In this document: piece after piece, positions 47,804 to 58,190 of the stretch
Numbering within the stretch: the stretch's first letter is position 1
Layout of the letters: each line of letters starts with the position of its first letter
NCBI GenBank assembly: GCA_001798165.1
Contig: MGRL01000007.1
Span: 455 to 64,454 of the forward strand
Reading direction: 5' to 3'
Length of the DNA: 64,000 bases
Origin: Deltaproteobacteria bacterium RIFCSPHIGHO2_02_FULL_43_33
GTDB lineage: Bacteria; Desulfobacterota; GWC2-55-46; UBA9637
Position numbers and translations under genes: made by a program
The notes under the pieces: generated by a model
Databases searched by the model: none
What the model was told of the DNA's origin: nothing
What the model saw: the letters and a program-made list of their open reading frames with translations, nothing else

Positions 47804-48952
47804 ATGACATTATCCAAAAATAAAAAAGCAATCCTTGCCCTTGCAGACGGCACGGTATTTGAAGGCCATTCCTTCGGCGCAGAAGGCGAGTCAATAGGCG
47901 AAGTGGTTTTTAACACCTCTATGTGCGGGTATCAGGAGGTGCTTACCGACCCGTCATATAAAGGCCAAATGGTCGCCATGACATATACACAGATAGGGAA
48001 CTATGGCGTGGATGAAGAGGATATAGAATCAAACAAGCTTTGGCTTGAGGGTTTTATAGTAAAGGAATATTGCGATTATCCGAGTAATTGGCGGGCAAAA
48101 GAGACATTAGGCAATTATCTTAAACGCAATAATATTGTTGGTATAAAAAGCATAGATACAAGGGCGCTTACAAGGCATTTAAGGGATAATGGCGCAATGA
48201 ACGGGGTCATCTCAACACTTGGTTTAGATCCGGTAAGGCTTGTTAAAAAGGCAAAAGAGTTTCCTTCAATGGCCGGCCTTGACCTGGCAAAAGAGGTAAC
48301 CTGCAAAGAATCTTATCGCTGGAATCAAGGGCTGTGGGATTTAGAAGAAGGTTACGGTCACGGTTCACGGCCACAGTTTACGGTGATTGCCTATGATTTT
48401 GGCATGAAATTCAACATATTGAGAAATCTTATTAATGTTGGTTGTGATGTTACGGTTGTTCCTGCTTCAACATCTGCCGAAGATGTTTTGAAGATGAATC
48501 CTGACGGCATATTCCTTTCCAACGGGCCGGGCGACCCCGATGCCGTTACTTATGCAATTGAGAATGTCCGAAAGCTGATTGGCAAGAAACCGATATTCGG
48601 CATCTGCCTCGGACATCAGATACTGGGACTTGCACTTGGCGGAAAGACATATAAACTTAAATTCGGCCATCACGGCGGTAATCAACCTGTTAAGGATTTG
48701 ACTACAAACAAGGTTGAAATAACATCACAGAATCATGGATTTGCCGTGGATGTGGATTCTTTAAAAGGTATTGCGGAATTGACCCATGTAAACTTAAATG
48801 ATAAGACAGTTGAGGGGCTTGCGCATACAAAACTGCCGCTCTTTTCTGTCCAGTATCACCCTGAGGCATCTCCGGGTCCTCACGATTCTTCTTATCTCTT
48901 TAAACGTTTTACAGACATGATGGAGGGGAAGTGGAATTTCAAGAGTATATAG
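47804..48952 (+). CDS. carA: Carbamoyl-phosphate synthase small (glutaminase) subunit
   Basis: [10 protein letters not shown] at the N-terminus and a GATase catalytic GICLGHQ. An in-frame heptamer insert [11 protein letters not shown] lies at 48351-48386. Confidence 0.95.
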   Translation: MTLSKNKKAILALADGTVFEGHSFGAEGESIGEVVFNTSMCGYQEVLTDPSYKGQMVAMTYTQIGNYGVDEEDIESNKLWLEGFIVKEYCDYPSNWRAKETLGNYLKRNNIVGIKSIDTRALTRHLRDNGAMNGVISTLGLDPVRLVKKAKEFPSMAGLDLAKEVTCKESYRWNQGLWDLEEGYGHGSRPQFTVIAYDFGMKFNILRNLINVGCDVTVVPASTSAEDVLKMNPDGIFLSNGPGDPDAVTYAIENVRKLIGKKPIFGICLGHQILGLALGGKTYKLKFGHHGGNQPVKDLTTNKVEITSQNHGFAVDVDSLKGIAELTHVNLNDKTVEGLAHTKLPLFSVQYHPEASPGPHDSSYLFKRFTDMMEGKWNFKSI

Positions 48953-49566
48953 AAAGACTTAAAGATTCTTTCATTTCAGATAATCATACCGATGAGATAA
49001 AGAAGGCTAAGCAGGAGTTTATTGCCATTGGCGGAGAATTGGGCAATGAGGTTGATAGCTACGAAGATATATTGGATATATTTTTTGACTGGTATATTTT
49101 TGATCGCCCTCGGATAGCTGAAAGAGTTACTCCGCTGATAGCATTTTTAAAAAACACAGAGCTTTCCGAAGAGGAGGAGCAGGTATATTCAAGTTTTGTC
49201 AAGAATATTCATTCCATATTTGTTATAAAGAAAAGTTCGTCCAGTATTAAGGTATTAGATATGTTTACGAAGAATAAGTATATGGTAGATGATGCCCCGT
49301 TAGCGTTAGTGGAAAGAGGCGATGTGGTGGAGGCAAGGCTTCTGCCATATAAAGGAGGATACAGGTTTTCTGGCGCTTTTTGTTTTTATCCTAATAATAT
49401 CTATCCGATGATAAAAGCAAAGGCAAAACAAGCAAGGAAAGAGGGTATAGAAAATTTTACAGAACTAATCCAGAAATTCAGAAAACTTAAAACTGTGTGG
49501 GGTAGATGTTCAAACATTGACATTAAGAAAGTTTATGCTCTCATGGAGGAAGGTCTAATTGCCTGA
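48931..49566 (+). CDS. Hypothetical protein (211 aa) inserted between carA and carB
   Basis: ORF with a start that overlaps the end of carA by 22 nt. No recognisable motif. Confidence 0.4.
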   Translation: MEFQEYIERLKDSFISDNHTDEIKKAKQEFIAIGGELGNEVDSYEDILDIFFDWYIFDRPRIAERVTPLIAFLKNTELSEEEEQVYSSFVKNIHSIFVIKKSSSSIKVLDMFTKNKYMVDDAPLALVERGDVVEARLLPYKGGYRFSGAFCFYPNNIYPMIKAKAKQARKEGIENFTELIQKFRKLKTVWGRCSNIDIKKVYALMEEGLIA

Positions 49567-49567
49567 T

Positions 49568-49728
49568 GTTTACGCTCAAAAATGTCCACCTGTAGAGCCT
49601 GTTCCGAGCAAAGCGAGGAATCTGCGCCACACATGCCGGTAGTTGCCGATTCATCAGCATTTTTTAAATACGTCCAGAAATCGGTAAACTACAATGCCTT
49701 GCATCTGTGACATTTTTGAGCGTAAAAC
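49568..49728. repeat. MITE-like element with 19/20-bp terminal inverted repeats (gtttacgctcaaaaatgtc / gacatttttgagcgtaaaac) and a 122-bp core, immediately upstream of carB
   Basis: The arms lie at 49568-49586 and 49709-49728 and are perfect apart from one T in the T-run. Confidence 0.55.
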
Positions 49729-49742
49729 AGAACGAGAAAATT

Positions 49743-52700
49743 ATGCCGAAGAGAACGGACATAAAAAAGATTTTGATTATCGGCGCAGGGCCCATTGTCA
49801 TCGGCCAGGCGTGCGAGTTTGATTATTCCGGCACGCAGGCGTGCAAGGCGTTGAAGGAAGAGGGGTATGAGGTTGTGCTCATCAACTCAAATCCCGCAAC
49901 AATTATGACAGACCCAGGCCTTGCTGACATGACTTATATTGAGCCTGTTATACCAGAGGTGGTTGAAAAGATAATTGAAAAGGAAAGGCCTGATGCGCTT
50001 CTGCCTACTATGGGAGGCCAGACAGCCCTTAATATAGCTGTATCCCTTGCAGAGTCAGGTGTTTTAAAAAAATATAATGTTGAGTTGATAGGCGCAAAAC
50101 TTCCTGCAATAAAAAAGGCAGAGGATAGAGAGCTGTTTAAAGAGGCTATGGAGAGGATTGGTCTTGAGGTGCCGAGGAGCGGATATGCCAAGACCATTAC
50201 AGATGCCTTAAGTATATTAGAAACAATGAGCTATCCTGTTATCATAAGACCTTCCTTTACGCTTGGCGGCACAGGCGGAGGCATTGCATACAATGCTGAG
50301 GAATTCAAGGAAATGGTCCAGTATGGTCTGGATGCAAGCCCTTACAGCGAGATTTTGATAGAAGAATCTGTCATAGGTTGGAAGGAATATGAGCTTGAGG
50401 TGATGAGGGATACTAAAGATAATGTGGTGATTATATGCTCAATAGAGAACTTTGATCCAATGGGTGTTCATACAGGCGACTCAATTACGGTTGCGCCTGC
50501 TCAGACTCTAACGGACAAAGAATACCAGATAATGAGAGATGCTGCCTTAAAGATTATACGGGAGATTGGCGTTGACACAGGCGGTTCCAATATCCAGTTT
50601 TCTGTGAACCCTGATAACGGCAAGATATGTATAATTGAGATGAACCCAAGGGTTTCCCGTTCTTCGGCCCTTGCAAGCAAGGCAACCGGCTTCCCCATTG
50701 CAAAGATTGCGGCAAAGCTGGCTGTTGGTTATACGCTCGATGAAATTCCAAACGACATAACCAAGAAAACGCCTGCAAGTTTTGAGCCGACTATTGATTA
50801 TGTTGTTACGAAGATTCCGAGATTCACATTTGAAAAATTCCCGCAGGCAGATGCGACCCTGACAACGCAGATGAAGAGCGTTGGCGAGGTCATGGCAATA
50901 GGGAGGACATTTAAAGAATCCCTCCAAAAGGCGATGAGGTCTCTTGAGATAGGGAGTTATGGTTTTGAGATAAAGAAATCAGTAAGGTATGATGAGCCGG
51001 GCGAATATGTAGAATTAATAAAAGAGAAACTTCGGGTTCCGAACTGGGAAAGGCTCTGGTATACAGGAGATGCATTCAGGTGCGGCATGACCGTTGATGA
51101 GATATTTGAGTTGTCAAAAATAGACCGATGGTTTTTGAATAATATAAAAGAGATTGTAGGTTTTGAAGAAGAAATCAGGAAACAGGAAGAACTTTCGCCT
51201 GATTTATTAAGGCAGGCAAAGGAACTTGGTTTTTCTGACAGGCGCATTGCACAACTTTGGGCAACAAGAAAAAATACAGGGGCTAAAAGATGCCAAGCGC
51301 CTGCCGGTAAAGAGATAGAAACAAAAGAATATGAAATAAGGAAGAAAAGAGTTGAGGCCGGTATTTTGCCTGCCTATAAAACAGTGGACACATGCGGTGC
51401 TGAGTTTGAGGCGCATACGCCGTATCTGTATTCAAGTTATGAAAGACCGTTTTATACTATTATGGAAGGCAGCAAATCCCCCCAACCCCCCTTTGCTAAA
51501 GGGGGGCAAGGAGGGATTTCAGAGTGTGAAGCAAACCCCACCAATCGTAAAAAGGTTGTAATACTCGGAAGCGGCCCAAACAGAATTGGCCAGGGTATTG
51601 AGTTTGATTACTGCTGTGTCCATGCCTCCTTTGCCTTAAAAGAGGAAGGTATTGAGACAATCATGGTAAACTGCAATCCTGAGACGGTTTCAACTGACTA
51701 TGACACATCGGACAGACTCTACTTTGAACCGCTCACCTTTGAGGACGTGATGAACATTATTGAAAAGGAAAAACCGTTCGGCGTAATCGTCCAGTTCGGA
51801 GGACAGACGCCGCTGAAACTGGCAAAAGCATTGAAAGAAGCTGGAGTAAATATTCTTGGAACATCTCCTGACAGTATTGATATTGCAGAAGATAGATTTA
51901 GATTCCGTGAGCTATTGAATAAGTTGCAGCTTCGCTATCCTGAAGGTTTTGACATTAGACCGAATAAAAAAGCATTTGAGATGGGTATATATGCTGGAAT
52001 TGATGGACTCGCCGAAACTCATTATCCAATTGTTGTTAGACCATCTTATGTGTTAGGTGGCAGGGCTATGGCAATTGTTTATAATCAAGCTGAATTACAT
52101 GAATATCTGAAAAAATTGATTATTTCTTCAGACAAAGACTTGGATATATATGCAGATCGTTTTTTGAACGACGCTATAGAGGTGGATGTTGACTGTGTAA
52201 GCGACGGAAAAGATGTGGTCATCGGCGGCATCATGGAGCATATCGAAGAGGCGGGCATTCATTCTGGCGATTCGGCCTGCTCAATCCCGCCATATTCTCT
52301 GGGCGTAAAAGTTATTGACGATATAAGAAAGCAGACAATAGCTCTCGCAAAAGAATTGAAGGTTATCGGCCTGATGAATATCCAGTTTGCAGTCAAGAAG
52401 ACAGGGTCAAGGGGCAAGGGTCAAGGGACAGAGGAATGCGAGATATATGTTCTTGAGGTAAATCCAAGGGCATCCCGGACTGTGCCTTTTGTAAGCAAGG
52501 CAATTGGCAAACCATTGGCAAAGATTGCGGCAAAGGCAATGCTTGGCAAGACATTAAAAGAACTTAGACTTACGGAAGAAATTGTACCGCAGCATACATC
52601 TGTAAAAGAGGCAGTATTCCCATTTATAAAATTCCCTGGTGTTGACACTATCCTTGGCCCAGAGATGAAATCAACAGGCGAGGTTATGGGCATAGACGCG

Positions 52701-53195
52701 GATTTTGGCAAAGCATTTGCAAAGGCGCAAATTGCAGCAGGCAACAAACTGCCAATGAAAGGCAATGTGTTTATCAGTGTAAAGGGTGACGATAAAAAAA
52801 ATATTGCGGAAATAGCAAAACAATTAAGCGAAATGGGTTTTCATCTCATTGCTACAAGCGGCACTGCTGATTATCTTAAAGGTAATGGAATTGGCGCAGA
52901 GCTTATTTATAAAGTAGGGGAGGGAAGGCCTCATATAGTAGACAGGATAAAGAGCGGCGAGATAGCAATGGTCATAAACACATCTTTTGGGGCCAAGGCT
53001 GTAACAGATTCCTACTCCATAAGACGTTCAGCCCTTGTGTATAATGTGCCATATTTTACAACTGTTGCCGGCGCAAAGGCCGCGGCGCAGGGTATAACAT
53101 CATTGATAGAAGAAGGACTCAAGGTCAGGCCAATACAAGAATACCATTCAGAAGGTAGAATTCAGAATATTGAATATGGAATTAAGGCCCTCTGA
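49743..53195 (+). CDS. carB: Carbamoyl-phosphate synthase large subunit
   Basis: [30 protein letters not shown] with duplicated ATP-grasp halves and an MGS domain. In-frame inserts lie at 51475-51520 (a palindrome cccccctttgctaaagggggg) and at 52403-52431 (heptamers). Confidence 0.95.
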   Translation: MPKRTDIKKILIIGAGPIVIGQACEFDYSGTQACKALKEEGYEVVLINSNPATIMTDPGLADMTYIEPVIPEVVEKIIEKERPDALLPTMGGQTALNIAVSLAESGVLKKYNVELIGAKLPAIKKAEDRELFKEAMERIGLEVPRSGYAKTITDALSILETMSYPVIIRPSFTLGGTGGGIAYNAEEFKEMVQYGLDASPYSEILIEESVIGWKEYELEVMRDTKDNVVIICSIENFDPMGVHTGDSITVAPAQTLTDKEYQIMRDAALKIIREIGVDTGGSNIQFSVNPDNGKICIIEMNPRVSRSSALASKATGFPIAKIAAKLAVGYTLDEIPNDITKKTPASFEPTIDYVVTKIPRFTFEKFPQADATLTTQMKSVGEVMAIGRTFKESLQKAMRSLEIGSYGFEIKKSVRYDEPGEYVELIKEKLRVPNWERLWYTGDAFRCGMTVDEIFELSKIDRWFLNNIKEIVGFEEEIRKQEELSPDLLRQAKELGFSDRRIAQLWATRKNTGAKRCQAPAGKEIETKEYEIRKKRVEAGILPAYKTVDTCGAEFEAHTPYLYSSYERPFYTIMEGSKSPQPPFAKGGQGGISECEANPTNRKKVVILGSGPNRIGQGIEFDYCCVHASFALKEEGIETIMVNCNPETVSTDYDTSDRLYFEPLTFEDVMNIIEKEKPFGVIVQFGGQTPLKLAKALKEAGVNILGTSPDSIDIAEDRFRFRELLNKLQLRYPEGFDIRPNKKAFEMGIYAGIDGLAETHYPIVVRPSYVLGGRAMAIVYNQAELHEYLKKLIISSDKDLDIYADRFLNDAIEVDVDCVSDGKDVVIGGIMEHIEEAGIHSGDSACSIPPYSLGVKVIDDIRKQTIALAKELKVIGLMNIQFAVKKTGSRGKGQGTEECEIYVLEVNPRASRTVPFVSKAIGKPLAKIAAKAMLGKTLKELRLTEEIVPQHTSVKEAVFPFIKFPGVDTILGPEMKSTGEVMGIDADFGKAFAKAQIAAGNKLPMKGNVFISVKGDDKKNIAEIAKQLSEMGFHLIATSGTADYLKGNGIGAELIYKVGEGRPHIVDRIKSGEIAMVINTSFGAKAVTDSYSIRRSALVYNVPYFTTVAGAKAAAQGITSLIEEGLKVRPIQEYHSEGRIQNIEYGIKAL

Positions 53196-53197
53196 AT

Positions 53198-55693
53198 GTG
53201 AAAAAATATATGGATTTAACCACGAATGACCCTTTTTCTCAAATCATCTCAAACCTTCTCAAGCCCATCGTATTTGCATCAAAAGACAACTTTGCCCATC
53301 TTTCTGCAATAAAAAATATTGAAGTTTTAGCGCAAAATCTTTGCCAGCAGGCTTTAACCCTTTCTATTTCAGACAGTAATGCCAAAAAAGTCAAAGAGAT
53401 TCAAAATGTATTTGAAGGTTTTGATGCGCTGGCATTGGAAGGAAAAAAAGATAAGATAAGAAAGGCGTTTGATATTATAAAAGAGATAAAGGGTCGGGGG
53501 GGCGAAGGGCCAAAGGGGCAAGCATTTTATTTGAACCCTCAAACCCCAGAACCCTTGGCCTCTGATTTATATGAGATAAAAACCAGATTATCCAAACTTT
53601 CCACACCGCTTAAAGATATTAAAGGCATCGGGCCTAAGGTTGCTGATATCTTCAAAAAGAAAGGGCTGGAAACCGTTGAGGATGTATTATATTTTCTGCC
53701 CCTGAGATATGAAGACAGGCGCCAGATGAAAAAGATAGCCCTTTTGAGATTTGGAGCAAAAGATGTTGCATCAGGCGAGATAATGGCAATGGGAGAGGTT
53801 TTTTATGGCAGACGAAGGGTGTTTGAGATTAGCATAGGCGATGGGAGCGGTTTTTTAAGATTAAAGTGGTTTCATTACAGGCTTCCCTTGATGAAGAAGA
53901 GATATAAGATAGGCCAAAGGCTGATAGTTTATGGCGAGATTGGTATGTTTAATGGCCAGAAAGAGATAATCCATCCTGATGTAGAAATTTTTGAGAAAGA
54001 CGATGCGTTGGATACAGTTAATTTTAACAGCATTGTGCCGGTTTATTCACAGGTCGGTAATCTGCACCAGAAGACACTCCGTAAGTTTGTAAGAAACATT
54101 ATTAATGAATATGGAGAACATGTGATTGGTAGTGTGCCTTCAGCCATTCTCCAACAATGCAAGCTTCTTGAATTGCCGGCAGCTGTTGCGGAGATTCACA
54201 AACCTACTCAATTAAGTGCAATAGAATCAAAAGACTGGCTGCCAAGAAAGAGCCTTGTCTTTGATGAATTGTTTTGCCTTGAAATGGGGCTTGCTTTAAA
54301 AAAAGGGAATAACGAAAAAGAAAACGGTATTGCATTTAATGTGGGGGCAGATTTAAAATCTGCCCCCATGGTTGAAAATTTTAGAAACATGCTGCCGTTT
54401 AAATTAACCGCAGCGCAAGAGAGAGTTATCTCGGAAATAAAAAAAGGTATGTCAGAGCCGCACCCCATGAACCGTCTGATACAGGGTGATGTTGGTTCAG
54501 GCAAGACGGTTGTTGCGTTTATTGCCGGCCTCATTGCCATTGAAAACCATTACCAATCTGCAATTATGGCTCCGACAGAGATACTTGCAGAGCAGCATTA
54601 TCTCAACATCCACAAATACGCAGAAGGGCTTGGTATAAAGACTGTCCTTTTAACCAGCAGCCTTACAAAATCTGAAAGGGCAGCGATTTTGGAAGGAATA
54701 AAGAAGGGCGATATTAATCTCGTCATCGGCACACATGCTATTATTCAGGAAGATATAGACTTTAAGAGGCTCGGAGTAGCAATTATAGATGAGCAGCACA
54801 GGTTTGGCGTTATCCAGAGGGCGATGCTTAAGAAAAAAGGGACGAACCCTGACATACTTGTCATGACAGCAACACCTATACCAAGGACACTGGCCATGAC
54901 AGTTTTTGGAGACCTTGATGTTTCAGTTATTGATGAGCTGCCTCCAGGGAGAAGGCCGATTCAGACAAAGGTTTTCAGGGAAAAGGATAGAGAACTTGTT
55001 TATAAGCTTATTAAAGCTGAACTTGGCAAAGGCAGGCAGGCCTATATTGTTTATCCACTCATAGAAGAATCTGAAGATCTTGATTTAAGGGATGCCACAA
55101 AGATGGCGGAACATTTGCAAAAGGATATATTCCCTGAATATACTATAGGCCTTTTGCACGGAAGGATAAAGGCTGAGGAAAAGGAAAATATTATGAAGGC
55201 ATTTAAGTCAAAAGAAATAAATATCCTTGTGTCAACCACTGTTATAGAAGTGGGGATTGATGTGCCGAATGCAACAATTATGGTAATAGAGCATGCAGAG
55301 CGCTTCGGCCTTTCCCAGCTTCATCAGCTCCGTGGAAGAGTAGGGAGGGGAGGGCACGACTCATATTGTATCCTCCTTGCCGGAAAGGTAGGTTCTCTGG
55401 ATACATATCAGAGGCTAAAGGTTATGGAGAATACAAACGATGGTTTTAAAATAGCGGAAGAGGATTTAAATATCCGCGGGCCGGGCGATTTTCTCGGAAC
55501 AAGACAATCAGGCTTGCCTGATTTCAGGGTTGTAAATCTGCTGACAGATGCATCACTCCTTCAAAAAGCGAGGGGAGAGGCATTTAATATAATAAAGAAC
55601 GATCCAGAGCTTACTGCCTCAGAACATAAAGCACTCAAAGAAATAGTTAAGGCACGCTGGAAGGGAAGAATGGAGCTGGCGCAAATTGGGTAA
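53198..55693 (+). CDS. recG: ATP-dependent DNA helicase RecG
   Basis: Wedge domain followed by SF2 helicase motifs (GDVGSGKT, DEQHRFG). The C-terminus has TDASLLQKARGEA. A heptamer insert lies at 53490-53522. Confidence 0.9.
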   Translation: MKKYMDLTTNDPFSQIISNLLKPIVFASKDNFAHLSAIKNIEVLAQNLCQQALTLSISDSNAKKVKEIQNVFEGFDALALEGKKDKIRKAFDIIKEIKGRGGEGPKGQAFYLNPQTPEPLASDLYEIKTRLSKLSTPLKDIKGIGPKVADIFKKKGLETVEDVLYFLPLRYEDRRQMKKIALLRFGAKDVASGEIMAMGEVFYGRRRVFEISIGDGSGFLRLKWFHYRLPLMKKRYKIGQRLIVYGEIGMFNGQKEIIHPDVEIFEKDDALDTVNFNSIVPVYSQVGNLHQKTLRKFVRNIINEYGEHVIGSVPSAILQQCKLLELPAAVAEIHKPTQLSAIESKDWLPRKSLVFDELFCLEMGLALKKGNNEKENGIAFNVGADLKSAPMVENFRNMLPFKLTAAQERVISEIKKGMSEPHPMNRLIQGDVGSGKTVVAFIAGLIAIENHYQSAIMAPTEILAEQHYLNIHKYAEGLGIKTVLLTSSLTKSERAAILEGIKKGDINLVIGTHAIIQEDIDFKRLGVAIIDEQHRFGVIQRAMLKKKGTNPDILVMTATPIPRTLAMTVFGDLDVSVIDELPPGRRPIQTKVFREKDRELVYKLIKAELGKGRQAYIVYPLIEESEDLDLRDATKMAEHLQKDIFPEYTIGLLHGRIKAEEKENIMKAFKSKEINILVSTTVIEVGIDVPNATIMVIEHAERFGLSQLHQLRGRVGRGGHDSYCILLAGKVGSLDTYQRLKVMENTNDGFKIAEEDLNIRGPGDFLGTRQSGLPDFRVVNLLTDASLLQKARGEAFNIIKNDPELTASEHKALKEIVKARWKGRMELAQIG

Positions 55694-56819
55694 GATATCA
55701 AACAAACTCAATCAAATTTATACCGCATGGAGCAACGGAGATAAGAAAGATTTTTTATATTATTTTTTCTTTCTGTCGTTATACCTTTTCTCTCTTCTTT
55801 ACGGCATCGGCGTCAGGTTCAGATTTTTCCTCTACCACATCGGCATATTTAAGACCGAAAAACTCAACTGCAAGGTGATTTCTATTGGCAATATAACCGT
55901 AGGCGGCAGCGGCAAGACGCCTATGGCTATATTTCTTGCGCAGAAATTTTTAGAAAATGGTAAAAGGCCGGTTATCTTAAGCCGGGGATACAAAGGAAAG
56001 ATAAAAGACATAGGTGTTGTTTCTGATGGGAAAAGCATATTGTTAACTCCAAATCAAGCAGGAGATGAGCCGTATCTCATGGCTGCCAAGTTAAAAAATA
56101 TCCCTGTAATAATCGGCAAGGACAGATATAAAACCGGACTCTATGCCATAGAAAAATTCAAGCCCAATGTTATAATCCTTGATGATGGTTTTCAACATAT
56201 AAGGCTCTATAGGGATGTGGATATTGTTCTTATTGATTTAAGAAAGGGATTTGGCAACGGACATCTTTTCCCATTGGGCATGTTAAGGGAACCGTTGAGC
56301 GGACTTAAACGGGGAACATTTTTTTTGATGAAAGGGATAAAACCGCTCTTTGAGAAAAATGCCAGCCAAATATTTATCTCGCTTATAAAAGGGTTGGCTA
56401 AAGCCAGACCAAATGGCGCAATAGAACATTGCTTTGGCTATTTCACTTATGAATCAAAAAACATTTGCGACCTTTTTAATAACGATAGATTGGATGTAAG
56501 TATTCTAAAAAACAAAAGAGTTATTGCGCTGTCCGGCATAGCGGACCCAAAATCTTTTAAGGATACATTAGAAGAACTGGGGGCCTCAGTAATAAAAGAA
56601 ATCGCTTTGCCTGACCATCATTCATACACCCACAAAGATATACAAATAATTGCCGGAGAGGCAGAGAATGTGGATATGGTAATTACTACTGCAAAGGATG
56701 CTGTAAAATTGAAGAGCTTTTCCATAGAGCATCTGCCTATCTACGCCCTTGATATAGAGGTAGAGATAAAAGATTTAGATATATTTGAAAAAACGGTGGG
56801 CTCAGCTAATAGTGTTTAA
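55686..56819 (+). CDS. lpxK: Tetraacyldisaccharide 4'-kinase
   Basis: P-loop ISIGNITVGGSGKTP. Confidence 0.85.
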   Translation: MGKISNKLNQIYTAWSNGDKKDFLYYFFFLSLYLFSLLYGIGVRFRFFLYHIGIFKTEKLNCKVISIGNITVGGSGKTPMAIFLAQKFLENGKRPVILSRGYKGKIKDIGVVSDGKSILLTPNQAGDEPYLMAAKLKNIPVIIGKDRYKTGLYAIEKFKPNVIILDDGFQHIRLYRDVDIVLIDLRKGFGNGHLFPLGMLREPLSGLKRGTFFLMKGIKPLFEKNASQIFISLIKGLAKARPNGAIEHCFGYFTYESKNICDLFNNDRLDVSILKNKRVIALSGIADPKSFKDTLEELGASVIKEIALPDHHSYTHKDIQIIAGEAENVDMVITTAKDAVKLKSFSIEHLPIYALDIEVEIKDLDIFEKTVGSANSV

Positions 56820-57741
56820 TCAATCGATACTTCAATCTTTAAAAGTTTTATGTTGGCTTATTGGCCGCATACCTCTTGGACAGATTCTCTGGTTCGGCAG
56901 GGCATTAGGAAGACTTGGCTTTTATGTAGATAAAAAGCATAGATATATTGCCGTAAATAACCTCCAGACTGCATTTGGAAATGAAAAGCCTGTTGATGAA
57001 ATAAAGATGACAGCAAAAAAAGCCTTTGAAAATATGGGAATGAATATTATGGAATTCTGTCGTTTTCCATGGTTAAAAAAAGAAAACTTGGCAAGGTATA
57101 TTGAATGCGAGAGCTTTGAGAATTTTAAAGAGGCATACAACAAAGGCAAAGGGGTGATACTCCTCACAGGTCACTTTGGAAACTGGGAGCTTATGGCTGT
57201 ATTCTATGCACTGATGGGTTATCCTGTGAATATAGTAGTAAGAGACTTGGACAGCCCTACTATTGATGAATTTGTGCGCTGGGTAAGAACGGGGGGTGGA
57301 AATCGTATAGTTTCAAAGGGGCGCTCTATGAGGGAATTGCTTAAAATACTCTCAAAGGGTGGTATTGTGGGAGTTTTGCTGGACCAAAATGTCACATGGA
57401 GCGAAGGGATGTTTGTTTATTTTTTTGACAAACTGGCCTGCACAAATAAAGGTGCTGCGCTTTTAGCTATGGCAAGCGGCGCTGCAGTTGTTCCAACCTT
57501 TATAGTGAGAGACGGGAAAAGGCACAAGATTATTATTGGTGAAGAAATTATAGTTAGTAATACCGGGGACAGGGTAAGGGATCAGTTGGAAAATACAGCA
57601 TCATTTACAAAAGTTATAGAAGATTTAGTGAGACAGCACCCTGAGCAGTGGTTCTGGCTTCATCAAAGATGGAAGAGCAGGCCTGAAAATGACCCCAATA
57701 AGGGAACTGAGAAGGCAGCTCTGATACAGATAAAAAGATGA
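56785..57741 (+). CDS. Lipid A biosynthesis (Kdo)2-lipid IVA acyltransferase family protein (LpxL/HtrB-like)
   Basis: LLTGHFGNWEL matches the HX4D-type acyltransferase region. The TTG start at 56785 overlaps the end of lpxK. An alternative GTG lies at 56812. Confidence 0.8.
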   Translation: MKKRWAQLIVFNQSILQSLKVLCWLIGRIPLGQILWFGRALGRLGFYVDKKHRYIAVNNLQTAFGNEKPVDEIKMTAKKAFENMGMNIMEFCRFPWLKKENLARYIECESFENFKEAYNKGKGVILLTGHFGNWELMAVFYALMGYPVNIVVRDLDSPTIDEFVRWVRTGGGNRIVSKGRSMRELLKILSKGGIVGVLLDQNVTWSEGMFVYFFDKLACTNKGAALLAMASGAAVVPTFIVRDGKRHKIIIGEEIIVSNTGDRVRDQLENTASFTKVIEDLVRQHPEQWFWLHQRWKSRPENDPNKGTEKAALIQIKR

Positions 57742-57767
57742 TATAGTTATATTTTTTGATATTTCTC

Positions 57768-58118
57768 CTACTTATTACTTCTTGCATATTCGAGACAATT
57801 CCAGATGTCCGGGAAATTCTTTTTGTTTACAATTTCATCAAACATTACACCGGCTGCATAATTGCTTCGAATTTGCTGAGCCCATCTGATTGTGCCATTG
57901 ATCTCTCTGCTAATCCATAACTCGTTATCTTTAATAAAGGCTATCTTCACCGTTACTTTTTCTCCTGCCTTTAGCGGTTTTCTTAAATATATGGCCATTC
58001 CCCCCCTGCTGATATTGATGAGCATTGTATTTATCCAACTACTGCTCTTTAGCGATTTAATCTTTGCCTCGGCTATGATATACCGCCTTTTAAACCCTCT
58101 TTTTTCTGTCATAATCAC
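57768..58118 (-). CDS. PilZ-domain (c-di-GMP binding) protein
   Basis: RRYIIAEAKI...INISRGGMAI matches the RxxxR ... (D/N)xSxxG pattern. Confidence 0.6.
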   Translation of the reverse strand: MIMTEKRGFKRRYIIAEAKIKSLKSSSWINTMLINISRGGMAIYLRKPLKAGEKVTVKIAFIKDNELWISREINGTIRWAQQIRSNYAAGVMFDEIVNKKNFPDIWNCLEYARSNK

Positions 58119-58190
58119 CTCCTATTTTGTGATGTATACCTATATTTAAACATTAACCTTTCAAAAATCAACTATTTTTTTGCCTATCTA

